NCBI GenBank assembly: GCA_001804805.1
Contig: MHBH01000077.1
Span: 87,355-151,354 of the forward strand
Direction: 5' to 3'
DNA length: 64,000 nt
From: Lentisphaerae bacterium GWF2_49_21
Lineage (GTDB): Bacteria; Verrucomicrobiota; Lentisphaeria; Victivallales; GWF2-50-93
Part shown: piece after piece, positions 10,103 to 19,614 of the stretch
How the letters are laid out: each line of letters starts with the position of its first letter
Numbering within the stretch: the first letter of the stretch is position 1
Position numbers and translations under genes: made by a program
The notes under the pieces: generated by a model
The model's database searches: none
Told to the model about the DNA's origin: nothing
The model's input: only the letters and a program-made list of their open reading frames with translations

Positions 10103-10810
10103 ATGACGAAGAAGAATCTGATCGCTGCGATATTCGCAGCCGCCGTGTGTGTCGTGTCCGGACAGCTCTCAGCGCAGGATGTGACATCCCCGAAGATGAA
10201 GGCCGCTCCGACTATCGACGGCAAGCTTGACGACTGGAAGGGTGTTGCAACCTCAATCGGGATGAGCGACACCAGCAACATCGATGATCTGAAGGTCGAG
10301 AACGCCTACGTCACCTGGGACGACAAGAATCTCTATGTCGCTGTAAAGGTAATGGACAAGAAGATTGTGAACGACCAGCCGATAGAAAGGATGCAGGCCG
10401 CCGACGCCGTCGAGCTTAGGCTTGTGACAAAGAACATAAATCTCGGATCTTTCTACAGGATCGTCATTGCGCCTACTACGAAGGATGGCAAGCCGACATT
10501 CAAGCTGACAGAGCGCGACGCCAATTCCAAGAACGAGACTACTGTGGTGTCGACTACGGAAAACACTGACAAGTCAGGGGTAAAATGGGCCCTGGTGAAG
10601 GATGATACATCATGGACTGTCGAAGCTTCCATTCCTCTTTCATTGATTGCACTTACGGCGCCTGCGGGAAAGAAGATCCCGTTCGTCCTGGTTGTCTGGG
10701 ACAGGGACCGCACCGACATCAATGAATGGGCCGAGTGGAACAAGCGCACCGAGAGCTCGAGCCAGAAGAAGAAGATCGATGAATGGCCGAGTCTGATTCT
10801 GGCTGAATAG
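10103..10810 (+). CDS. secreted CBM9/DOMON-like carbohydrate-binding protein
   Basis: ATG at 10103, 8 nt after AAGGAGG. Signal peptide present; APTIDGKLDDWKG is typical of CBM9-like domains. Confidence 0.6.
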   Translation: MTKKNLIAAIFAAAVCVVSGQLSAQDVTSPKMKAAPTIDGKLDDWKGVATSIGMSDTSNIDDLKVENAYVTWDDKNLYVAVKVMDKKIVNDQPIERMQAADAVELRLVTKNINLGSFYRIVIAPTTKDGKPTFKLTERDANSKNETTVVSTTENTDKSGVKWALVKDDTSWTVEASIPLSLIALTAPAGKKIPFVLVVWDRDRTDINEWAEWNKRTESSSQKKKIDEWPSLILAE

Positions 10811-10839
10811 AATTGCCCTAAAAAGAAGTAGATTAAAAG

Positions 10840-10865
10840 GTTGAGGGAGGAGTCCTCCCCTCAAC
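10840..10865 (+). other. GC-rich hairpin GTTGAGGGAGGA-GT-CCTCCCCTCAAC between two genes
   Basis: About 11 bp of stem and no U-tract, 16 nt upstream of the ATG at 10882. It could be a terminator, a processing site or a 5' structure; undecided. Confidence 0.35.
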
Positions 10866-10881
10866 GCACAAGGGTTCCGAT

Positions 10882-11643
10882 ATGAAATCACGATTTACTT
10901 TGATTGAATTGCTTGTCGTCATTGCGATCATCGCAATTCTCGCTGCGCTGCTCCTTCCTGCATTGAAGCATGCAAAGGAAATGGCGAAAGACGTCGTGTG
11001 CAAAGGCCAGCAGAGGCAGTTAAGTGTCGGAGTGATAAGCTATGTTACCGATTCCGACGCCTGGCTGCCATTCAACGACATGTGGGCCTTTGATCTTTTC
11101 AGAACAGCCGGCACTCCCCCTGTCAGCCCTCCCGTGGGACTTCGGGAACCTTGGCCGGCTCACTACACCGGACTAGGCCTTTTGAAGGAACTTGACTATG
11201 TGAGAGGAGGATTGAATGTGTTCTGGTGTGGAAATGAAAGCGCAAGGCAGGGCGCGGAATGCGGTTCCGGAAACAGTACGAAAGGACTAAAAGGATTTTC
11301 GAAGGAGACACCGACTTCGACCATCCGGAACGACTATTGGTACCGCTGCGGCTGGTTCTATGAGAAGAATCTGAGCGAGAACATCGGCCTTCTGAATGCA
11401 GAAAGCGGACTCCTGATGTGCGGCGCATGGAGGAACTGGAGCGGATCTGCCAGCTATGTTCATTGGCAGGATCTCCATAATACACGAGGTTTCAACCTCG
11501 CGTTCATTGACGGGCATGGGGAATGGTATTCTTACAGTTCAAAGCCCATTCCAGACTTATGGGGTGATCTTTACGGAGACCGCTACAGACCTGATTTCCC
11601 GAAATCCACTTTGAACAAGGCGGTCTCGCTGCTTAGGAACTGA
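10882..11643 (+). CDS. prepilin-type N-terminal cleavage/methylation domain protein (DUF1559-like pseudopilin)
   Basis: N-terminus [28 protein letters not shown]; C-terminal [14 protein letters not shown]. Confidence 0.85.
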   Translation: MKSRFTLIELLVVIAIIAILAALLLPALKHAKEMAKDVVCKGQQRQLSVGVISYVTDSDAWLPFNDMWAFDLFRTAGTPPVSPPVGLREPWPAHYTGLGLLKELDYVRGGLNVFWCGNESARQGAECGSGNSTKGLKGFSKETPTSTIRNDYWYRCGWFYEKNLSENIGLLNAESGLLMCGAWRNWSGSASYVHWQDLHNTRGFNLAFIDGHGEWYSYSSKPIPDLWGDLYGDRYRPDFPKSTLNKAVSLLRN

Positions 11644-11680
11644 TATTTATAATTCATTTAAAGGAAAGGTTGAATATAAG

Positions 11681-12958
11681 ATGAAAAGACTTCGCATTTC
11701 TGAACCTGCAAGGAAAATTCCTGTCATGGCCGACGTTGATGCCGTGGTCTGCGGTGGCGGAACCGCAGGTGTCGCCGCCGCCATATGCGCTGCTAGGGAA
11801 GGGCTTTCAGTGGTGCTGATAGAGAAAAGCTCCATTCCAGGCGGCATGGTCACCCATGTTACGCAGTGGTTTTCCGATTTCGCAAACAAGGGTGGATTCC
11901 CTAAGGAGTTCATAACTCATCTGCGGAACAAAGGCATTGACGCGAAACCATATTACAATCCCTGGCTGGTTCTCCCCTATCTTGATTCCCTGCTGAAGGA
12001 TGCGGATGTCCGCGTCATTTATCTTGCCGATGCCGTCGCGCCAATCATCAAGGACAAGAAGCTTCAAGGTGTAATCATAGAATCAAAGTCGGGCAGGACA
12101 GCGATCAGGGCGAAGATTGTGATCGACGCCACTGGCGACGGCGATATCGCAGACCGCGCCGGGGCACGGTTTAAACAGGGACGCGCCGGGGACGGTGCCG
12201 TCCAGGCAATTTCATTGAGCCAGATCCTGATGAACTACACCGCTGGGCACATCAGCCATGATAAGATGAATGAGATATTTGTTGCCGCCGTGAAGAAGTC
12301 CGGCAGAAAATACTGGCAGCCATACAGCAGGTGGCATCCTTTCCCGGTTGTTGGAACCACCAACACCCTGATCCATACGGTTCCACACGCGACAGGATAC
12401 GATCCGACCGATGCTGCACAACTCTCAGATGCGCTCATTGAAATGCGCAGGCAGGCTTATGAGCTTTACGATCTCCTCAAAAACAATTCTGAGGAATTCA
12501 AGGACATTGAGTTCGGGCCTTTCTCCGCCATCCCGGGCGTCCGCGAAAGCCGCAGGATCATCTGCGACAGGATGGTGACGAAGAAAGATCTGCTTTCAGG
12601 TGCGAAATTCGTGGACGGGCTTTTTACAGTGACACAGGGGATCGACATCCACCGGCGCGACAGGAAGGAACCAGCCATAATGTGTGAAAAGATCCAGCCT
12701 TACGAAATCCCATATGGCGCACTTCTGCCGAAAGGACTGGAAAACATCCTCGTCGTCGGACGCTGCATAGGCGGCGACCATGAGGCGATGGCCAGCTACC
12801 GCATCATTGGCGACTGCATGGCCATGGGCGAAGCCGCCGCTCTGGCCGCGAAATCCGCAGTCACAGGCAAATGCTCCCTCAGAAAAATATCTGTCTCCAA
12901 GCTTGTGTCGGAAATGTCCGCAAGAGGATATGAAAGACAAGGCAAATGCAAGAATTGA
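11681..12958 (+). CDS. FAD-dependent oxidoreductase (paralog of 6782..8041)
   Basis: 425 aa. DAVVCGGGTAGVAAAICAAREG. Collinear similarity to 6782..8041 (VRESRRI, GRCIGGD). Confidence 0.8.
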   Translation: MKRLRISEPARKIPVMADVDAVVCGGGTAGVAAAICAAREGLSVVLIEKSSIPGGMVTHVTQWFSDFANKGGFPKEFITHLRNKGIDAKPYYNPWLVLPYLDSLLKDADVRVIYLADAVAPIIKDKKLQGVIIESKSGRTAIRAKIVIDATGDGDIADRAGARFKQGRAGDGAVQAISLSQILMNYTAGHISHDKMNEIFVAAVKKSGRKYWQPYSRWHPFPVVGTTNTLIHTVPHATGYDPTDAAQLSDALIEMRRQAYELYDLLKNNSEEFKDIEFGPFSAIPGVRESRRIICDRMVTKKDLLSGAKFVDGLFTVTQGIDIHRRDRKEPAIMCEKIQPYEIPYGALLPKGLENILVVGRCIGGDHEAMASYRIIGDCMAMGEAAALAAKSAVTGKCSLRKISVSKLVSEMSARGYERQGKCKN

Positions 12959-14397
12959 AACACCGTGGATATCTGGGTCTTGTCAGGTCGCATCTTGACA
13001 GGCAGCTGAAGTACGGTCTTGCAGATTTCGGTCCGTCGCCTTCGCCCATGTGGATGTCGAGCCTTGATACACGCACCGGGAAATATCCCGAGAATGACAG
13101 CAGGCCCGTCCATATTCCGCGCCGCCATTACAGGGCGATAGATGCGCCCAAAGGGTGTTCACTATACTGGGACCAGCCATCATGCGTTGCCGCACATGCG
13201 CTTTCTAAAATCACAGGAGAGAAAAGCTACGGTGCCGCCGTTGATTCATATGTTTCAGCATTTCTTGAACGTTGCATCGCAAAGAACGGAATATTCCTCT
13301 GGGGAAACCATTACTACTGGGATGCCTTCCAGGGCAAAACCCTGAAGTTCAAGGGCGAAGAAGTTCCAAAATCCGTTGACTTTGAAATTGAAAACGGCGA
13401 TTATCACGAAGCCAGGCCGATTCCGCCCGCCTGGGACCTTTTCTGGAAAGTCTCTCCGGAAAAGACGGAAAAGGAAATCCGGGCATACTGCCTGAATTCA
13501 TTCTTTGATCTCAAGACCGGAGGATTCAACCGTCATTCTGACAGGAAGAAAGGATGCGCATTCATCGAATCCGGAGGGATCATCGCTGAATCCCTTGCCT
13601 GGCTTTATGGAAAGACCAATGACAAGTCTCTTCTCGACCAGGCCAATCTAATCATCAATTACAGTTTCACCGAGAAAGGGCTGGAGACTGGTCTCCTCGT
13701 GAACAATCCAACTGTCACCCGCTGGGACAAGTTCGCCAGCACCACCGAGTGCGGGCTCTGGGGCGGATCCCTGCTCCGCGCATCCGCTTGTGCTGGCAGG
13801 AAAACCGAATGGATCGAAAAGGCCTCAAGCGCAGTTTCAGCTTATCTCAAATATGGGTATGACGAGAGCTCAGACAAATATTGGGGTCGGTTACGCGTCG
13901 CCGACGGTTCACCTATAATCGGCAAATCCGAATCTGACAAGCCCAACGACATCTCAGAAAAACACCAACCACTCGACTATGCCGACATATGGCGCCCGCT
14001 GTTTCCGGCCCATGACTATCCCATGCAGTTTGCGGAATGCTGTCTATGCATTTATGAGATCACTGGTGAAGAAATATACCGTGAAGCCTGCGATAGATGG
14101 GTGCGACAGATAAAGGAGTCATTGTCGGATAGAAATCATGGAAAATATGCCGAACATTACGGGCGCTGTATTCATTTCCTCTTGCGTTTTGGAAAAGACT
14201 CAAAGAATTCAGAATATCTGAAACTTGCTCAGACGTTAGCAGATGAAGCTGTGGAAACATTGTTCGACAATGGTATGTTCAGAGGACATCCCGGCGAGCA
14301 CAGATATGACGCGGTCGACGGCGTCGGCTTCCTGATGCTTGCGCTTCTTTGCCTTGAAACCGATAATGAAATTGACATGATGGGGATGGGATGGTAG
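12946..14397 (+). CDS. hypothetical protein (possibly an alpha/alpha-toroid glycan-active enzyme)
   Basis: 483-aa ORF with coding-like composition; overlaps the upstream gene by 13 nt. I recognise no diagnostic motif. Confidence 0.55.
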   Translation: MQELKHRGYLGLVRSHLDRQLKYGLADFGPSPSPMWMSSLDTRTGKYPENDSRPVHIPRRHYRAIDAPKGCSLYWDQPSCVAAHALSKITGEKSYGAAVDSYVSAFLERCIAKNGIFLWGNHYYWDAFQGKTLKFKGEEVPKSVDFEIENGDYHEARPIPPAWDLFWKVSPEKTEKEIRAYCLNSFFDLKTGGFNRHSDRKKGCAFIESGGIIAESLAWLYGKTNDKSLLDQANLIINYSFTEKGLETGLLVNNPTVTRWDKFASTTECGLWGGSLLRASACAGRKTEWIEKASSAVSAYLKYGYDESSDKYWGRLRVADGSPIIGKSESDKPNDISEKHQPLDYADIWRPLFPAHDYPMQFAECCLCIYEITGEEIYREACDRWVRQIKESLSDRNHGKYAEHYGRCIHFLLRFGKDSKNSEYLKLAQTLADEAVETLFDNGMFRGHPGEHRYDAVDGVGFLMLALLCLETDNEIDMMGMGW

Positions 14398-14402
14398 AAT
14401 TA

Positions 14403-14448
14403 GTATGTCGGGTTTTACCTGTACTGAGCATAGTCGAAGTAACCCGAC
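14403..14448 (+). repeat. REP-like hairpin, GTATG head, stem GTCGGGTT/AACCCGAC with a 26-nt loop insert
   Basis: GTATGTCGGGTT[ttacctgtactgagcatagtcgaagt]AACCCGAC. The insert is homologous to the loop inserts at 44880..44910 and 24175..24211. Confidence 0.7.
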
Positions 14449-14456
14449 GTTTAGTT

Positions 14457-14478
14457 GGCGGATTAAAATCCGCCCTAC
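14457..14478 (-). repeat. REP hairpin GTAGGGCGGA-TTTTAA-TCCGCC
   Basis: The plus strand reads GGCGGATTAAAATCCGCCCTAC. An inverted partner lies at 15351..15373 on the other side of the gene. Confidence 0.7.
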
Positions 14479-14511
14479 TTATGCGGTAAACATATATAGG
14501 AGTCGTAATCA

Positions 14512-15354
14512 ATGAAAATTCTTGCGGTCGGAAACAGTTTCTCGGGTAATTCAACGAGATTCTTCAAGGAAATCGTAAAAAGCGCCGGCGGATGCAGGCT
14601 CGTATTCGGTCATGCGTGCATCGGCGGATGTCCTCTTGAGAAACACTACAGGCTTGCGATCAAGCATGAGCGCAACACCAGCGCTCCAGAAGGCAAGCCA
14701 TACTGGCACAATGGCAAGAAGATGAGCCTGAAATCAATGCTCAAGGCGGAGAAATGGGATTATGTGACAATCCAGCAGTACAGCATGCACAGCTTCCAGA
14801 TCGGCACATACAGGCCGTGGGGAAAACGCCTTTACAACTATATAAAGAAATATGCCCCGCAGGCGGAAATCGTCTTCCACCAGACCTGGGCGTACAGGGA
14901 GGATGACAGGGAGCTTTTCAACAAGAAATTCACTCCTGATAAAATGTACAAGGATCTGGCCAAGGCATATCAGATTATCGCTTCCGAGATCGGAATAAAG
15001 AGGATTATTCCTGTCGGCGACGCTTTCCATCTTGCGACGAATTCTCCAAAATGGAAATTCATTCCTGACACTAAATTTTTCTCCAGCAATCCCGGGTTCC
15101 CCGCCCTTCCCAAGGACAAGCACTCAATTCATGGCGGATACCACTGGCGTGACAAGGACGGGATGAAAGTGCTTGGATATGACAGCCATCATGCGAACAA
15201 AGCAGGCGAGTTCATGGGCGGCTGCGTCTGGCTCGAGTTCTTCTTCGGCAAGGATTGCCGCAAGATAAAGTTCAGACCGAAGGAAGTTCCACCCAAAGAT
15301 GCGGAGTTCCTGAAGAAGATTGCGCATAGGGTAATAATTTCCACTCAAAAGTAG
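14512..15354 (+). CDS. DUF4886-like SGNH/GDSL-type hydrolase
   Basis: 280 aa. N-terminal MKILAVGNSFS block. AGGAG ribosome-binding site upstream. Confidence 0.6.
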   Translation: MKILAVGNSFSGNSTRFFKEIVKSAGGCRLVFGHACIGGCPLEKHYRLAIKHERNTSAPEGKPYWHNGKKMSLKSMLKAEKWDYVTIQQYSMHSFQIGTYRPWGKRLYNYIKKYAPQAEIVFHQTWAYREDDRELFNKKFTPDKMYKDLAKAYQIIASEIGIKRIIPVGDAFHLATNSPKWKFIPDTKFFSSNPGFPALPKDKHSIHGGYHWRDKDGMKVLGYDSHHANKAGEFMGGCVWLEFFFGKDCRKIKFRPKEVPPKDAEFLKKIAHRVIISTQK

Positions 15355-15373
15355 GGCGGTTTTTTAAACCGCC
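15351..15373 (+). repeat. REP hairpin GTAGGGCGG-TTTTTTAAA-CCGCC; its GTAG head contains the TAG stop codon
   Basis: Stop codon at 15352-15354 lies inside the GTAG head. Confidence 0.7.
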
Positions 15374-15382
15374 AACAGAATT

Positions 15383-15404
15383 GTCGGGCTAAAGCCCAAC
15401 ATAC
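15383..15404 (-). repeat. REP hairpin GTATGTTGGGC-TTTA-GCCCGAC abutting the stop of the minus-strand AraC gene
   Basis: The minus strand reads TAA|GTATGTTGGGCTTTAGCCCGAC. There is a T-G wobble in the stem. Confidence 0.7.
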
Positions 15405-16253
15405 TTACACCACCAGCCCTTTTGAGATATTTTTACGGAACACGGTCGGCGGGTAGCCGTAGCACTTCTTGAATTCGCGACTGAAGTGGAACTGGTTGCA
15501 GAATCCTGTCTGCTGGGCAATCTCCTCGAGCGATGAACTAGAGCTCCTGAGCATGTCCGAAGCCTTCGAAAGACGCATCTTCCGCACATGGTCCAGCGGC
15601 GAGTCTCCGAAAAGCCTTTTGAATTCGGCATGGAAGCGCGGCACGGACAGGTTGGCCCTTTTTGCGAGATCCGCAACTTCAAGTTTCTGGTCGAGATGAC
15701 GTCTGGCATATTCAAGGACAGGAAGGAGCCTCATGATACTCGGGTTAATATGCGGAACAATCCCTTTGCTCTCCAGGTATTCCAGAAGAAGATGAAGCAC
15801 GGAAAACCCCAGTTCATTGATGCGTGCGACCGACTTGATGGATTTTAAATCCTCCGCACGCTTGAGCAGAAGCATCTTTTCAGCTATCTCCCCGAAACGG
15901 TTCGCCCATCGGGCTTCAACGCACAATGGCAGTTCAAAGAGTTCCGCCAGGTTGATCGCATCAAAAACAGTGAAGTTGAAATGGATAAATCTTATAATCA
16001 TCCTTTTTGTCTTAGAATCGCAGTGATGCGAGATTACCAGAGGTACATTCGGAGCGGTGAGGAAAGCTTCACCTGTCTTTATCTCGGACGAACGACCGTC
16101 TCCGCACTCGATCGTGTATCTGCCCTCCAAGGGCTGGGCAATGATGATATACGGGACGGCCTTCCGGTGTACCCAGCCGTCGTTCGTCATCGTCCCCTTT
16201 CCGGGATCGGCGAAAGTCAACCTGATTGAGTCTGTCGAGAATATCATAAACAA
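15405..16253 (-). CDS. AraC family transcriptional regulator
   Basis: 282 aa. C-terminal double HTH (LEEIAQQTGFCNQFHFSREFKK). Confidence 0.85.
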   Translation of the reverse strand: MFMIFSTDSIRLTFADPGKGTMTNDGWVHRKAVPYIIIAQPLEGRYTIECGDGRSSEIKTGEAFLTAPNVPLVISHHCDSKTKRMIIRFIHFNFTVFDAINLAELFELPLCVEARWANRFGEIAEKMLLLKRAEDLKSIKSVARINELGFSVLHLLLEYLESKGIVPHINPSIMRLLPVLEYARRHLDQKLEVADLAKRANLSVPRFHAEFKRLFGDSPLDHVRKMRLSKASDMLRSSSSSLEEIAQQTGFCNQFHFSREFKKCYGYPPTVFRKNISKGLVV

Positions 16254-16333
16254 TAGTCCTATATATGGATAAGATAATCGTGTAAATTGCCTGATTCAAG
16301 ATGATGGGATATTTTCACGGAAGAAAAATCAAT

Positions 16334-16355
16334 GACGGGCTAAAGCCCATCATAC
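16334..16355 (-). repeat. REP hairpin GTATGATGGGC-TTTA-GCCCGTC
   Basis: Same architecture and the same T-G wobble as 15383..15404. It lies 15 nt upstream of the ATG at 16370. Confidence 0.65.
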
Positions 16356-16369
16356 TTAAAGGAGGAAAT

Positions 16370-17203
16370 ATGAGATTAGGCGGACCAGTGCATGGAAAAC
16401 ATGAAAGTCCGGAAGCCTGGGTGAAATTGGTCAAGGCGGCCGGATACCGTGCGGCATATTGTCCGGTAGGTGTGGAAACTGATATAAACCTCATCAAGGC
16501 ATACGAGTCTGCCGCTAAGAAGGCTGACATCGTGATCGCAGAGTGCGGTGCATGGAGCAATCCGATAAGCCCGGATGCAAAAATCCGGGAAGAAGCAATG
16601 TCCAAATGCAAGAAACAGCTCGCGCTTGCCGACGAGATCGGCGCATTGTGCTGTGTCAATATCGCAGGCTCACGAGGGGCGAAGTGGGACGGGCCTGACA
16701 AGAACGACTTCACTAAATCTACATTTGACCTGATAGTCGAATCCGTCAGGCAGATAATCGATGCCGTGAAGCCCAAGCGCGCTTTCTACACTCTTGAGAC
16801 CATGCCCTGGATGTATCCGGATTCCCCGGACTCCTATCTTGATCTGATCAAGGCGATCGACCGGAAGGCCTTTGCCGTACACCTGGATCCCGTGAATATC
16901 ATCTGCAGCCCCCAGAGGTATTTTAGCAACACCGACATTTTGAAGGAGTGCTTCAAAAAACTCGGTCCGTACATCAAATCCTGCCATGTAAAGGACATCA
17001 TCCTCAGGGACAAGCTGACAGTGCATCTCGACGAGTGCAGGCCTGGGACTGGAGGAATTGACTATGCGACTTATCTGAAGGAAGCAGGCAAATTGAACCA
17101 GGACGTGCCGTTGATGATAGAACATCTTCCGAACGGAGAGGAATACAGGCTGGCCGCGGAACACATGAGGTCTGTAGCGAAGAAGGAAGGACTGGAAATA
17201 TGA
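16370..17203 (+). CDS. sugar phosphate isomerase/epimerase (TIM barrel)
   Basis: Start at the ATG at 16370, after AAGGAGG. Family-like pattern HLDPVN...CHVKD. Confidence 0.75.
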   Translation: MRLGGPVHGKHESPEAWVKLVKAAGYRAAYCPVGVETDINLIKAYESAAKKADIVIAECGAWSNPISPDAKIREEAMSKCKKQLALADEIGALCCVNIAGSRGAKWDGPDKNDFTKSTFDLIVESVRQIIDAVKPKRAFYTLETMPWMYPDSPDSYLDLIKAIDRKAFAVHLDPVNIICSPQRYFSNTDILKECFKKLGPYIKSCHVKDIILRDKLTVHLDECRPGTGGIDYATYLKEAGKLNQDVPLMIEHLPNGEEYRLAAEHMRSVAKKEGLEI

Positions 17204-18171
17204 AGCATTATGCAGTCACTATTACCGCAAAGGAAAAGGCCGAACTCCGTGAGGTCGCTGAGCCTCCTGCCTTGAAGCCAAATGAGGTCAGAGGCAGGAC
17301 GCTCTGCACGTTGATCAGCCCCGGGACCGAACTCGCGTGGAACTATTGCGGAAAGAGTTTCCCGTCAAATCCGGGCTATGCCGCCGTATTCTCGGCCGAG
17401 GAGATGGGCACAGATGTCAAGGATATTAAAAAGGGGGATGTCTTTTTCTGCAAGAGCGGCCACAGGAGCATACAGCAGTGCGATGCCGGAGATGCCGTCA
17501 GGGTCCCGGAAGGTCTTGCCCCTGAGAAGGCGGTCATTGCAAGACTGATTGGTGTTTCATTGACGACATTGATCACGACTACAGCCAGACCGGGAGACAT
17601 TGTGATTGTCACCGGTGCCGGCCCTGTCGGATATCTTGCGTCCCAGATTTTCTCAATATCCGGCTATGAGGTTTTAATAGTCGAGCCGGATGCAGGCAGG
17701 AGGGATCTTGTAAAGAAGACATGCGGGCTCAAGGCGGTTGAAAAAATTCCATTTGAGGACAAATCAATTTGCGGAAATGTCGCGCTTGTCGTCGAATGTT
17801 CAGGCCATGAACAGGCTGTTCTCGAAGCATGCAAGGCGGTGAGGAAGCGCGGTGAAGTTGTGATGGTAGGCGTCCCATGGCAGAAAAAGACGGATCTTTG
17901 CGCTCACGAACTCCTCCATGCAGTCTTCCACAAGTATGTCGTCCTTAGAAGCGGATGGGAATGGGAGATTCCTCTTCATTCATCGGATTTCCGTCCGCAC
18001 AGCATATATTCAGGATATCAGACGGCGCTGAAATGGCTGGCTGAAGGGAAGGTCAAGCTTGACGGGCTGAGCACGCTGCTTGATCCGCGAAATCCGCAGG
18101 AGGCGTACCAGGATCTGCTGAACAAGCGCGCCAAAGGGCTTTTCTCGATCTTCGACTGGAGGATGATTTGA
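17200..18171 (+). CDS. zinc-type alcohol dehydrogenase (MDR) family oxidoreductase
   Basis: 323 aa. Rossmann VTGAGPVGYLASQ. ATGA overlap with the upstream gene. Confidence 0.75.
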   Translation: MKHYAVTITAKEKAELREVAEPPALKPNEVRGRTLCTLISPGTELAWNYCGKSFPSNPGYAAVFSAEEMGTDVKDIKKGDVFFCKSGHRSIQQCDAGDAVRVPEGLAPEKAVIARLIGVSLTTLITTTARPGDIVIVTGAGPVGYLASQIFSISGYEVLIVEPDAGRRDLVKKTCGLKAVEKIPFEDKSICGNVALVVECSGHEQAVLEACKAVRKRGEVVMVGVPWQKKTDLCAHELLHAVFHKYVVLRSGWEWEIPLHSSDFRPHSIYSGYQTALKWLAEGKVKLDGLSTLLDPRNPQEAYQDLLNKRAKGLFSIFDWRMI

Positions 18172-18205
18172 GGAACGTCTTATTGTAATATTGAACCTGA
18201 AACTT

Positions 18206-18342
18206 GTTGGTAGTTAAGCCCGTAAGGACTGTTTCTGGGAGTAGGTACGTGCTTCAGCATGTACCATCTTAATATTCAGGATTGGGACAGGCTAAAGCCC
18301 GTCCCTACTTTAAGAACATGTCTTGCGACATTAACTACAAAC
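18206..18342. repeat. two-shell composite REP element (137 bp)
   Basis: Outer shell: GTTGGTAGTTAA+hairpin (18206-18230) and hairpin+TTAACTACAAAC (18318-18342). Inner REPIN: GTAGGTACGTGCTTCAGCATGTACC (18241-18265) and GGGACAGGCTAAAGCCCGTCCCTAC (18284-18308). Confidence 0.8.
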
Positions 18343-18390
18343 GAATTCAAATAGGCGATTTAAAAACCGCCAGACCTGGGAGGAAATACT

Positions 18391-18756
18391 ATGATCATTC
18401 GCAAATTCGAAGCTGCCGTGAAGGAGTTCGACAAGTGCCATGACGGCAAGGGTGTTCTGCTCTGCACCGAGATGCTTGCGGAGTACCAGAGGAAGGAACC
18501 TGGAGTCAAGTTTTACCATGACAATATTCTTCAGCCGGGCGACAGCATAGGAGAGCATCTGCACAAGGACGACGAGGAGGTCTATATAATTATTGAAGGC
18601 ACTGGCATCATGAAAGTCGACGGAAAAGAGGAAAGGGTCCAGTCCGGAGATGTCTGCATCACCCGCAAAGGGCACAGCCATTCGCTTGTGAACACCGGGA
18701 AGACACCGATGCATTTCCTGGTGGTGGGAGTGGTGCTGCAAAAGGCAGGATATTAG
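18391..18756 (+). CDS. cupin domain protein
   Basis: 121 aa. GEHLHKDDEEVYIIIEGTG...GHSHSLVNTG, the two cupin motifs. Confidence 0.8.
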   Translation: MIIRKFEAAVKEFDKCHDGKGVLLCTEMLAEYQRKEPGVKFYHDNILQPGDSIGEHLHKDDEEVYIIIEGTGIMKVDGKEERVQSGDVCITRKGHSHSLVNTGKTPMHFLVVGVVLQKAGY

Positions 18757-18802
18757 AAGCGGCTATAAGAATACATTGCTAACTTGCTGCAGATATATTC
18801 CT

Positions 18803-18898
18803 GTTGGAGTTCACAGCTTTAGCGTGTGCATTTTTTTATTTTTTCATCCAGAAATTTCCCGGAATTACAAAGAACACGCTAAAGCTGTGAACTCCAAC
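18803..18898. repeat. GTTGGAG-headed REPIN doublet (perfect 25-bp inverted repeat)
   Basis: GTTGGAGTTCACAGCTTTAGCGTGT at 18803-18827 and its exact reverse complement at 18874-18898. Confidence 0.8.
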
Positions 18899-19024
18899 CT
18901 AATGATTTTACTAAGCGAAATATTTTCCCTGAATATCTCAATTGCCCTGCATCCCATGGCATGCTTTATGCTCCGTGACAATTAGATTCACTATGTTTGC
19001 ACAACGAAATTTTGGAGATGGCAA

Positions 19025-19405
19025 ATGATTCTTATCTTCGAAGACAACATGGATATCGGGCTCGTTCTGAAACGCATGCTAACCCACATGTTCCATGAGA
19101 ATGCCGTAGTGACATCCAATTTCGTTGATGCGGAAAATATGGTATTGGCCGGAGAAGTTGAACTTGTTCTGAGCGACCTGAATATTGAAGGCCACAAGGA
19201 ACAGGGGCTTGACCTCATTAAGAAAATAAGGAGGATCAAACCCCATACTTCTCCGCCAATCGTCGTCTATACCGGGGTGAACTGCAATGACACCTTGTAT
19301 GCCGAGGCGGAAAGGTTCTCCGACGAGATCTTCGAGAAGAGCGAAATCTCCCTGCCTCAGCTCTGCAAGGAGATGTACCGTCTGCTGAACCTCAGAAAAC
19401 GCTGA
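19025..19405 (+). CDS. stand-alone response regulator receiver domain protein
   Basis: 126 aa. CheY-like pattern (MILIFEDN..., LVLSDLNIEG, ...K). Confidence 0.7.
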   Translation: MILIFEDNMDIGLVLKRMLTHMFHENAVVTSNFVDAENMVLAGEVELVLSDLNIEGHKEQGLDLIKKIRRIKPHTSPPIVVYTGVNCNDTLYAEAERFSDEIFEKSEISLPQLCKEMYRLLNLRKR

Positions 19406-19410
19406 ATTCC

Positions 19411-19542
19411 AACCACGAAACACACGAAATAAAACTCTCTTAACCTCCCTGTTTTTTCTTAATCACAAAATCAATTGTTAATTTTTTGCGCAGCAAAACC
19501 TAAACAATGGTATTTTTCGTGTGATTAGTGTGTTTCGTGGTT
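19411..19542. repeat. inverted repeat built from tandem CACGAAA-type units
   Basis: AACCACGAAACACACGAAAT (19411-19430) against ATTTTTCGTGTGATTAGTGTGTTTCGTGGTT (19512-19542). A 15-bp perfect core. It starts 6 nt after the stop codon. Confidence 0.7.
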
Positions 19543-19614
19543 AATTCTTATCCCTTGCATTTAAAATCATTCCTAATATATTTAAAAACAAAACCAATTA
19601 AGGAATTATATCCC

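Noticed and set aside
18776-18985. 69-aa ORF between the cupin and receiver genes
   Set aside because: It spans the perfect 25-bp inverted REPIN (18803-18898) and has no ribosome-binding site. It is most likely non-coding.
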